A model generated the notes under the pieces. It saw nothing but the letters and a program-made list of their open reading frames with translations, was not told the origin of the DNA and did no database searches. Made by a program: the position numbers and the translations under genes. Source: Azolla caroliniana (Eukaryota > Plantae > Polypodiophyta). Taken from it: a stretch of 64,000 bases of DNA. Below are positions 12,987 to 23,531 of the stretch, in pieces. Numbering within the stretch: position 1 is the stretch's first letter; every line of letters starts with the position of its first letter. The stretch covers positions 7,874,001 to 7,938,000 of the forward strand of contig JBHGNT010000006.1 of NCBI GenBank assembly GCA_043228905.1, read 5' to 3'.

Positions 12987-14567
12987 ACGTCATGGAAGAT
13001 TAGGTTTTTTGTTAGAGAATTTTAATATGTGTTCTGAGGTAGGCCAATCTACTTCGATGCATGGCCTAATGGATGCTCCCGAATGAGAGGTATGGGATTT
13101 GTTTATCATGGAGGTCTCAAGGTATGATGCATGGACTTGGATCAATGGAAATGATGTTGGTTATATGTTTCAATCGGCACAATATAGATCAACGTGGAGT
13201 AGATTGGATCGTATTTATATTATGCACGATGACACATTCTTGCCAAAGTTTTTTGACTATGCAAGTGTATAGGGGAATTGGATCATCAGATCATTTCCCA
13301 GTTGTTTTGGAAATCACATGTCATCAAAATGTGGATGGTTTTAGAATTTTATTGGGAAGACAACCATTGAGATTTAATTCATCTTTTCTTGGACATGATA
13401 AGTTTAAACATGGTATGGGACAATTGGTGGGGGAGTTTACAAGAGAAGTTAATGTCTACGGTGTTTCGTCATGGGATATTTCTCTTTCCAATATTCAATG
13501 ATTTACACGATATTATGGAATTTATCAAGCATCCATCCGTAATCAAAAGAAGAGTTTATTACAACACTTTCTAGATAGACCTAATGCATTGTTGGTAAAA
13601 CTTCCATCTGATGATGTGTTGTTGGATATTCAAGAGACATCGTCTCAAGCCTTGCAAGTATTCGAGGTTCGTAGTTATCAACAATCACGAGTGATTGCTA
13701 TGAAAAATGAAGTACATGATCACAACTGTAATTCACATAATTTTTACCATGGGTTGCATGGATCTCATCCTAGAATGAATGTGGTAAGTGTAGAGATTGA
13801 TGGAACTTTTAATACAAACCCACAAGTGATTATTGATAATTGCATTAAACATTTCATTAATCTTTTTGGGCAAGATTGTATTTTGAATGATGACATAAAA
13901 CAAGCGCGATCGATATTATTTAACTTAGTCAAGGTGAGTGGTGGGCAACATGTCATGATTGCATTGGAGGAGGATATAAAGGAGGAGGTGGAATATGTAT
14001 TGTCACATCTTGGAGTTGATAAAAGTCTGGGTTGGGATGACATTACGAATGAGTTTTTTAAAGCCTTTGCACCAGAATTCAAAGCCCCTCTAACAATGAT
14101 ATTCTAAGAAGTGTGGAGTTCGGGCAAAATGCCTGATTCATGGAAAGTTGGTATTGTTAAACTTATACCAAAAGTTGCATCTCCTATGTCTTTTGCCCAA
14201 TGGATACTGATATCATTAATGGGTGGGATGTATAAGGTTTTTGCCAAAGTAATTGCAAATAGACTTCAAAAGGTATTGTCGCCTGTGGTCCATCCAATGC
14301 AATATGAGTTTATTGAGGGAAGGGATGACTTGCATAATATTTTGAATGTGCAAGTGGCAGTGGATTATGCAAAGGAATCCAAGCAACAAATTGTAATGAT
14401 ACTGTCAGGAGCAGTACTAAGACAGAGAAGTACTATCAGGAATAGTACTAAAACAGAGATGGAATTAGTACTAAAAGATGAGGATTAGTACTAAGGGAGG
14501 TGTAGAACTCTCGAGGGAAGGAAAGAGTGAGAGAGAGAGAGAGAGAATGAGGATAACAAAAGATATA

Positions 14568-15504
14568 GGAATGGGCTATTTGCCCCCTCCTCCCCCCCCC
14601 CCCCCAAAAAAAAGAGGCGTAGTTACTCTTCCTTCTTTCTCTTTCTTCTTCTTCTTCCTCAAGTTTCCAATCAATACTGTGGATTCCTTTTTCTTTTACA
14701 TGATGTCTTAGGCGATGGGGAGGGTCGGTGGTGGCTGCTGGGTGCCGCCACTGGAGGAGGAGGAGGTGTGGGTAGGGAAGCAGCGGCGGACGAGTCCCTG
14801 TTTGTCTTTTGCGAGTATCGTCAGTCAAGCCTAGAGGGTTGCGATATTTTCCCCCATAGTAGCACTTGAAAGTGACTTTTCTATTGTCACTATGCTTATC
14901 CACCACAACAATTATATTTTGAGCACAGAAATGGTCCTTGATAAAACTGATTAGAGCCCCTCTCTCAGTGAAGGTTCTATTGATAATTGAAGTCGAAGAC
15001 GGTTGGGGAGACATGTTGTGAAGCCAAATTGGGGGATTAGCAAAACTACCAGAATTTTGGGGGGAAAAATAGCCAAAATGTTGAGAAGTACCAAAAATTT
15101 GGGGGGCAAAATAACCAAAATGTTGAGGACTACCAGAAATTTGGGGGGCAAAATAGCCAAATTGTTGAGAACGACCAGAAAATTGAGGGGCAAAATAGCC
15201 AAAATGTTGAGAACTACTAGAAATTTGGGGGGCAAAATGGAGGGGACAACTATGTGTTGAGCTACGAAGTGAGAGCTATTAGAGAGCTATCAAAATGTTT
15301 TTTTTTGGGTGAGGGAGGGGAGGAGCCAAGCTATATCAGAGAATGTTTTTCTGTTGGGGGAGGGGAACGAAAATGGGTTTGGGGGGGCCAAAATGGGGGA
15401 AGAACTATTAGAGATTTTTTTCTTTGTGGGGGGAGTTATTTTTTTTAGGGAAAGGTTTTTTTTTTTTTTTTTTGGGGGGGGGAGGGGGGCAAATAGCCCA
15501 TTCC
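14568..15504 (-). mobile_element. Non-autonomous Mutator-like (MULE) DNA transposon inside the chromovirus 3' LTR
   Basis: TIRs GGAATGGGCTATTTGCCCCC / GGGGGCAAATAGCCCATTCC; 8-bp TSD AAGATATA (14560-14567, 15505-15512); absent from the partner LTR; encodes a FAR1/MULE-like N-terminal fragment (FTERGALISF...KCYYGGKYRN...RKRQTGTR). Confidence 0.8.
15045..15238. repeat. 42-bp tandem repeat, ~4.5 copies, each containing the TIR core motif
   Basis: Unit CCAGAAATTTGGGGGGCAAAATAGCCAAAATGTTGAGAACTA; appears as a 14-aa repeat in the ORF track. Confidence 0.9.
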
Positions 15505-15717
15505 AAGATATATTATGTTAAGGGAATATACAATAGTAACTAGGAGGCTTAAGACTAGCGTTGAACCGATTTGGTACGAAATAATGCCTTGTGCCTCCTT
15601 TTATAGTGTTCTCAGGAGTATTCCTGAAGTTTCTAGAATGTTCCAGAGAAATCTAGAATATACATCAATTTTCTATAGTAAAAGTTAAATGAAAATAATA
15701 TTTTTCATATTACAATA

Positions 15718-15780
15718 CATAGCCTAATGGTAAGAGTTCGACCTATGTAACATAAGGTCATAGGTTCGAGCCTTGCCATA
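15718..15780 (+). promoter_or_regulatory. tRNA-like A/B-box module at the U3 edge of the chromovirus LTR (second copy at 21221-21280)
   Basis: TAGCCTAATGGTAAGAG ... AGGTTCGAGCC; present in both LTRs. Confidence 0.6.
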
Positions 15781-15788
15781 TCATGACA

Positions 15789-18700
15789 CTATTCCCCCTT
15801 TAAAACGACGAGTGTCACGAGTCGTTTTGGATTGAGGACCCAGTTTGTCTGGATATTGACGATGAAAGTCTTCAAGAAGAGCCAATCGACTAAATAGTAG
15901 AGCTTGTTGCAAACAATCTTGGAATCGAGGATGGCGGCAACCTCGTACTTAGGTCCATCTTCAAGTTCGATCAGGGGTGGAGGTGGTTTAATACGACTTG
16001 GGATGGTGCTGTCTTGATAGGGTTCTAGGAGAGAACTATGGAACATCGGATGTATCCGTAGCTGCGGAGGTAGATCGAGACGAAAAGCAACATCATTAAT
16101 ATTTCCGATAATACGGAAAGGATCTAATCACATTCTCTATTGGTTTACAGGTACACTCACTGGGACTATATCCTAGCCAATCGACTAAATAGTAGAGCTT
16201 GTTGCGAACAATCTTGGAATCGAGGATGGCGGCAACCTCGTACTCAGGTCCATCTTCAAGTTGAATCAGGGGTGGAGGTGGTTTAATATGACCTGGGATG
16301 GTGCTGTCTTGATAGGGTTCTAGGAGAGAACTATGGAACATCGGATGTATCCGTAGCTGTGGAGGTAGATCGAGACGAAAAGCAACATCATTAATATTTC
16401 CGATAATACGGAAAGGACCTAATCGCCGATAATCCAACTTCTCGAATGGGCGAGTAATCTTGGTGTGTCGTCGTAGTAGCCACACCCGATCTCCAATGTC
16501 AAAACTGGATGGAAGCTGATGACGATCCACGTAAACCTTGTGTGTTTGTTGAGCTTGCTGTAGATGAGTAGATAAATCCGCTTGTATCTTACGTAACCAC
16601 TCCAAACAATCATCTGTACAAGGATTTGTAGGTAACTCTGGGGTTTCAAATACACACCACCGGGGGTGACAACCCGTGTAAGCATAAAATGGTGTCACCT
16701 TTGTCGATGAGTGGACAGAGTTATTATACGCAAATTCGACGAAGTGGAGAATATCCGCCTAGTCATCTTGATGATAGCTTAAAAAGCACCGAAGATACTG
16801 CTCCAGCATTTGATTTGTTCGTTCTGCTTGGTCATCTGTTTGCGGGTGGTAGCCGGAGGAGAGGTTACAAGTGACCTTAAACATTTTAAAGAGATGCTTC
16901 CAGAACTTCGAGACGAACTGGGGTCCACAGTCGTTGATGATACTATCAGGAAGGCCATGATGCCGACATACTTCACGCATGACAGTTTCGACGATTTCTT
17001 CACCGGAGATTTCCTTAATACATGGCAGGAAATGGGCCATCTTCGTATATCGATCTACTACTGTTAAGATCGCATTGAATCCCTCAGAGACTTGAAGATC
17101 TGTGATGAAATCTAGGGCAATGGATTGCCATGGCTTGCTTGGAATTGGTAATGGTTCTAATAAACCATATGGATGATGCCTTGGCATTTTTGCTTTGCAA
17201 CATGTATCACAAGTCCGAACAAAATCTTCGACAAATTGTCGCATATGGGGCCACCAGAATGATCGTTGTACTAAATCTAGTGTTTTAGTACTACCAAAAT
17301 GCCTCGCTGTATATGTGTCATGACTGTTTTGGACTACTTGAAGGCGACAAGTACCATTAGGAACATACAAGAGTTTCTTAAAGAATAGTAATCCATCATG
17401 ACATTCGAATTGTCGATAGTCCGTACCTGGTTGTTGCGATTGTGAACAAGATGCTCGAGAGGGATCAATTTGTGCTAGAATGGCTTGAGCGAAAGCATCT
17501 GTCTTCAAGTCCTCACGTATGGTATCGATAACATGGGAATCCAAGGGCATACCGAAGACTTGCGTTGCTTGTAGTCGTGCCGGTCCCAGGATTACTTGCT
17601 TTTGGTTATCGAAAGCCGGCTCGCCAGGATGCGGTGCTAGATACGAGCGCCGTGATAATGCATCTGCCTTCCCTTGTTGCTTCCCCGGACGATATGTAAT
17701 TTTGAAGTCGAAATGAGTGAGGAATTGGGCCCACCGAGCTGGACGTCAATTTAACACACAAGCATTCTGAAAGTAGGCAAGGTTTTTGTGATCACTGAAT
17801 ACGATGACTTGATGAGAAGACCCCTCTAGAAATTCCTCCATTGTGTAAAAGAGTCCACTATTGCTAATAGCTCCTTATCATGAATTTCATAGTTGATTTC
17901 CGCGGTGTCAAACTTGTGTGAATGGAAAGCCACAGGATGTAGCTTTTCATCATCGCCTTTTTGAGACAGAATGCTACTCAAGGCGAAATCCGACGCGTCT
18001 GCTTCAATGATGAATGGTCTTTCTGGATCAACATGAGCTAAAATAGGAGCTGATGTAAATGCCTTCTTAAGACTCTCAAAAGCCATGTCCACTTCTTCAG
18101 ACCAAACGAACGATTGTCCCTTCCTGGTAAGTTGTGTGAGAGGTAGAACAAGCTTTGAGTAATCCTATATGAACTTGCGGTAAAAATTGGCAAAGCCTAA
18201 AAAGCATTGCACATCTCGCAATGAATGCGGAGTCTGCCACTGTACCACCATTTTGACCTTAGCTGGATCCATGGAGATGCCTTCCGAGGAAATGACATAG
18301 CCCAAAAATTCTACCTGGTTGCACCCGAAACTACATTTTTCCAGCTTTACATAAAGACCATGTTCTCGAAGTTGTTTTAGTACTAACAGTACATGAGAAT
18401 CATGCTCTTCTTGGGTCTTCGAATAAACTAGTAGATCATCCAAATAGATGATAAAAAAACCATCCAAGAGATCTCAGAATATATCATTTACCATGTGCTG
18501 GAAGACTGCTGGCGCATTAGTGACGCTGAATGGCATGATGACCGTATACTCGAAGTGGCCATATCTGGTGCGAAACGCAGTCTTCCATTCATCTCTTGGT
18601 TGGATCTGTACGAGGTTATATGCTCCTCGTAAGTCGATCTTTGTGAAGAACATTGCACCATTGATCTGTTCTAAAAGACTTGAGATAAGGGGAAGTGCAT

Positions 18701-19571
18701 ACCTATTCTTGATGGTGACTTTATTCAATCCATGGTAATCTACGACGAGACGAAGTCATCCATCCTTTTTCTTGACGAAGAAAATGGGTGCGCTGACTGG
18801 AGATTTCGAATGTCGAATGAAACCATTTGCCAAATTCTCCTCTATATAGGCTCGAAGGACTTCTACCTCGGTTGGTGACAAATTGTAGATCGATCCCCAT
18901 GGTGCCTCTTTTCCCGGTTGTAAATCGATGGGGCAATCATATGGTCGATGGTGAGGAAGCGTATTGGCTCGTACTTTATCGAACACATCGGCATCATGAC
19001 GATACTTCTTTGGAAGTTGAATGGTGGACCTCTTTATTGATATTGGAGGGGTTTACTGATATTGCGAAAAGAAACATTTCTTCCTTGCGTCCTTCCTCAC
19101 GCAACTAATGTAGCGAAATGGTTGCAATCTTATGAGTAGATCCTCGGGTTTTTCGACACCGTATTTCTCTTGTTCTCCAATCTATGGCTGGGTTATGTAA
19201 TTCGAACCATGGTAATCCCAAAACAATGGGATGTTCTGGGATACTAATTATATTAAATGATACAACACACACTAAGTTATCTAGGACAATATTAACGGGT
19301 TCTGACTCTTCTATAATATTTTTGGAAGCAATGGGATGACCATCAATGACTACTACAGAGGCTGGACATGGTAGTTTTTTAGGGATATCTAATGAGCTTG
19401 GGCAAAATTCCTATCCATGAAGCAAGAGTTGGCTCTGGAATCTAAGAGTGCTAAGACATGTATTGGAGGAGTACTTTTAGTACTAACCATTACTTGAGCT
19501 AAGAACACATTGCTAACTTGCTTAGAGGAAATAGAATCACTAATGGGCTGCACAGATCTAGGGTTGTCCAA
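15789..19571 (-). pseudogene. pol: Chromovirus pol (PR-RT-RH-IN-chromodomain), fragmented, chromodomain region duplicated
   Basis: ORFs 19389..19571, 18756..18986, 18474..18728, 18165..18467, 17826..18092, 16759..17550, 16096..16698 and 15789..16046. Confidence 0.9.
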
Positions 19572-19735
19572 CCAAACGACTCCTATTTTGGTTGGACTTA
19601 ATCGTTTAACTCTTCTTCTAGTTGACTAAGGATTTCAAATTTGTTTGAAAGGCTTGGGCTATTAGGACTATTAGACACACCTAGAGAAATAGACTCAGGT
19701 TTAGTACTATTAGTACTAGCAGTTATTTGATTTAC

Positions 19736-20740
19736 CTACCTTTTTGGCCGATGGGGGCAGTTCACTGCAATATGCCCTAGTCCACCGCAATAAAGACATA
19801 ATCGATTTGCCCTGCATCGCTGCTTTTCTTCTTCCGATAGTGGTTCGTGACGACATGTGGTGTCGATTTCCATTGGAGTCGGAGTATTTGTTTGAGATGT
19901 ATTGAATGACTTCCTTGGGAAAGGCTTTGCTATGATTGAAGCGTAGGTGGGATCCGATCTTGTCCTTGGCATTTGAAACTGATGTTCTGAACGTCATTCG
20001 AAGAGGCGATTATCGCATCACACCGCACGACTGATTGCTTTTGTCAATGACTTTGGCTCCTCGGGGAAAGTTAAGAGTAAATCTTTAACATCATTACGTA
20101 GGCCAAAAAGAAATTGCTCCATTAGTGCCTGATCATCCTAGGGAATGTCGGTGGCGAGAAGACGGAAATCTGTAGCATAAGTCGAGGCCGGCCGCTCACC
20201 TTGGCGCAATCTTTGGATTTTGTTGATTGCTGTTCTAACACTGTCGGTATCTCCAAAACAAGCTTTAAACTCAGTAATAAACTCTTCGAAATTATTTAAC
20301 AAGGGAGAGCTTTTTTCTAACAGGGGGGCGAACCATGCCAAAGCCGTGGCACTAAGTAGAGTGCCTACTAGTCCCACTCGTGATGGATCGGTGGGATATC
20401 GAGAAGGATGCATTTGAATGACTAATTGTACCTGATTAAGGAATCCTCTAAACTGCGATCAAGTTCCATCGAATTTCATGGGAAGGCCGATCTTGGGTTC
20501 TTTATGAACTCCTTGCGTACTGGGTCCTTGTTGTTGCATTGCTACTATGGTTGCTTCGAGCTTTTGCATGCGTAACACTAGTTCCCCGTGTTGTTGTTGC
20601 GTCTGCTGCTTCTCTAAGGAGATTTGTTGAAGCTCCCCCAACAATTGTTGATTTTCTTGTTCCAATGCGAGAAACTTCTCTTTCAAGCATTGCAACTCCG
20701 AAAAAACGGATTGATATACTTGAGCGCTAACAGTGGCCAT
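19736..20740 (-). pseudogene. gag: Chromovirus gag, fragmented
   Basis: Coiled coil, EPKIGLPMKFDG, LRQG, PTPMEID and CCHC knuckle. Confidence 0.88.
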
Positions 20741-20822
20741 AGTATGAGAGAAAAGAGGAATAAGAGATTAGTATGAAGGGAGGGAGAAGTAAGAAGATAA
20801 AGGAAGAGAAGGAAGGAGAGGA

Positions 20823-20834
20823 AAATCGGTTCAA
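20823..20834 (-). promoter_or_regulatory. Self-priming PBS (Tf1-type)
   Basis: Minus strand TTGAACCGATTT is complementary to the LTR segment at 21064-21075; no TGG-starting tRNA PBS is present. Confidence 0.75.
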
Positions 20835-20836
20835 AC

Positions 20837-21291
20837 TGTCAGGAGTAGTACTAAGACAGAGAAGTACTATCAGGAACAGTACTAAAACAGAGAATGCATT
20901 AGTACTAAAAGATGAGGATTAGTACTAAGGGAGGTGTAGAACTCTCGAGGGAAGGAAAGAGTGAGTGTGAGAGAGAAAGATCGAGAGAGAGAGAATGAGG
21001 ATAACAAAAGATATATTATGTTAAGGGAATATACAATAGTAACTAGGAGGCTTAAGATTGGCGTTGAACCGATTTGGTTCGAAATAATGCCTTGTGCCTC
21101 CTTTTATAGTGTTCTCAGGAGTATTCCTGAAGTTTCTAGAATGTTCCAGAGAAATCTGGAATATACATCAATTTTCTATAGTAAAACTTAAATGAAAATA
21201 ATATCTTTTGTATTACAATACATAGCCTAATGGTAAGAGCTCGACCCATGTAACATAAGGTCATGGGTTCAAGTTTTGCCATATCCTGACA
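20837..21291 (-). repeat. 5' LTR of the Tcn1-like element (455 bp)
   Basis: TGTCAGGA...TCCTGACA termini; matches 14403-15788 once the MULE is removed. Confidence 0.93.
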
Positions 21292-23388
21292 GATACAACT
21301 AGACATCGAGAAGGCATATGATAATGTAAGTTGGTCTTTAATTACTCAACTTATGTCTCATATGGGTTTTGGGGAAAGGATGTCTCGAATATCGTTGTTG
21401 TTGGGATTAGGTGTAGTGTCACACATTATGTTAAATGGTGGAGTTACTAAGGCGATACCATTGAAAAGACCATGTAGACAAGGATGCCCATTGAGTCCAT
21501 TATTATTTGCAATTGATACACACCCGATTTTGGTGAAGATGCATGAGTTGGCAACATCTGGGGAAATAGTGGGATTAGCTCTACCATCAGGAAACAATTA
21601 ATAGCTCAAGCATTGGCTGATGATTCGTTTTTATTTCTCAAAGTAGTACTTGATAATATAGCCAAAGCCATGGAGGTGTGGAATGTGTTCACATTGATGT
21701 CAGGATTACATATAAATATGAGGAAGTCGATGCTTATTAGATGCATTGAAAGTGATCTGGTTGATCTTGGATGGGGTGGCCAAATATTAGATCAAGGAAA
21801 TGTGCGTTGGCACTTAGGTTATCCTATTGGTGTTGATATCTTATTGTCGCAAAATTTGAATTGGATATCGGGGACCATTCTGGACAAATTTATGTATTGG
21901 AGGTCCCAAGCATGACCATTTAGTACCCATCTCAAAGTGGTACAAGCTACAATGATTCCAATTATTTTTTATTTTTTACCATGATTATTGTGGACAAAGA
22001 AATCACTTGATCATTTAGCTTGTTCACTTAAATATACACTATGGAATAAAGAAAGAAAAATTGGTATGAGTTGGATATCATGGAACAATATTTGTACCCC
22101 AAAATGTTTAGGGGGAGCTGCGTTACTAAATTTAGAAGATCATATGGTCGCGCAAAGATTCAATCTTTCGAAAGGTATGTATGTGCATAGGTACCCAACC
22201 TTGGGCAGAAATAATTAGTTATTTTGTGGAAAAGGTTGGTATATATCATGGGAAAATGAGAATTACAGCTTCGTGGTGGTATGTTATTAATAGTACCCAG
22301 GCATTTAAATGTTCGGAATCTATTGTTGTTCAACAATTGGTGCTTTCTTGACAACGATGTTTGAGTTTGTTTGATTGGAAGCCTCCTAAGTGCAAAAAAG
22401 ATATAAATTCCTTGGCAACAAAGGTGTTGGTAGCTTTAAGGATATTACATTGGGATGGAAATCAAAGCCTAAATTCATAGTTCAATTGAATGGCAAGTGT
22501 TAGAGCAAGGATAAAAGATATATGAAATAAGAAAAGAGAGAGAGAAAGAAGGGTACCGATCCACTCGACCACCCCCGAGCAAAGGGATCGAGATGGACTC
22601 GAGCCTTGATCGGCGTCCCATACCACCATTGTGGCGTCGAGTCGTACCTAGTGCTAACACGCTCACTACAAAAGTTGACCCACCACAAGAACAGAGTCTC
22701 GACGTAGTAAAAAAGATGGTGAAATGAGGGTGGTTAGGCCTCATATTTATAACGATACCCAAGCCCCCTAGGCAAGTTCACACTTGGCCTAATGGGTTGT
22801 CTCAATCCCGAGGATTAAAAGTAATCCTCCCCTTCTTTACACTCTCGTTTAACCCTCACACTTATCCACGTGTATAGAATACTATGGTAAATTCTCACCA
22901 CGGGATATTATATGGTCATGCCCGTAACATACTCCCCCTCTTTAAAACATTGCACTCTTCAGAATTCTTTCTCGTACATGTGGTTTAGAAGATAATTCTT
23001 CAGAAGTAACCACAGTTTCAGTTGTAAATGTATTGTTGCCAGAATCTAGAAATTCTTTTAGACGACTTACATGAAAGACTGGATGAATTTCAACGTCATC
23101 GGGAAGAGCGATACAATAGGCTGATGAACCAATCCGTTTGAGGACTTGAAAAGGTCCATAAAACCGTGGTGTTAACTTAGCGCACTTAACCGTAGACAAT
23201 ATCTTAGAATTGTGAGGTACATGTCAAAATACCTTCTATCCAGGGTTGAATACACGAGGTTGCCTATTATGATCGGCATAAAAACGCGCTCTATCTTGAG
23301 CTGTTTTTATACTATCTCGTGCAATTTTCAACATATCTTGCATATCCCAAAGAAAGTTTTGCTAACTTCGCAACTCATCATGATGTAT

Positions 23389-23483
23389 TGTAAAGAACCA
23401 AGAGATGGATTCTTGTGAAGCGGAATGGGTGTGAACTGTGTGTGTGTGTGAGAGAGATAGAGATAGAGAGAGAGAGAGAGAGA

Positions 23484-23531
<48 letters not shown>

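Larger units (their letters stand above)
14403..21291 (-). mobile_element. Chromovirus Gypsy element (Tcn1-like), full length, degenerate
   Basis: LTRs 14403-15788 (with MULE insertion) and 20837-21291; TSD GATAC; PPT at 15789-15804; gag with CLYCGGLGHIAVNC; PR LLDS; RT YLDD; RH; IN; chromodomain (YEVAAILD...YLVDWLGY). Confidence 0.93.
3710..22497 (+). mobile_element. L1-clade LINE, degenerate, split into ~3710-5895, 12987-14402 and 21292-22497
   Basis: ORF1 remnants with CCHC knuckle (C..CGGLGHFMAEC ~4866-4907). ORF2 starts MKIVTWNVRG at ~5517, with SDHFPV (~13290), GWDDITNEFFK, MIQLDIEKAYD rejoined across the 14402/21292 TSD, RQGCPLSPLLF (~21476) and LADD (~21613). 5' boundary approximate. 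Confidence 0.88.

Noticed and set aside
14951-15260. ORFs with 14-aa repeats on both strands
   Set aside because: By-product of the 42-bp minisatellite in the MULE.
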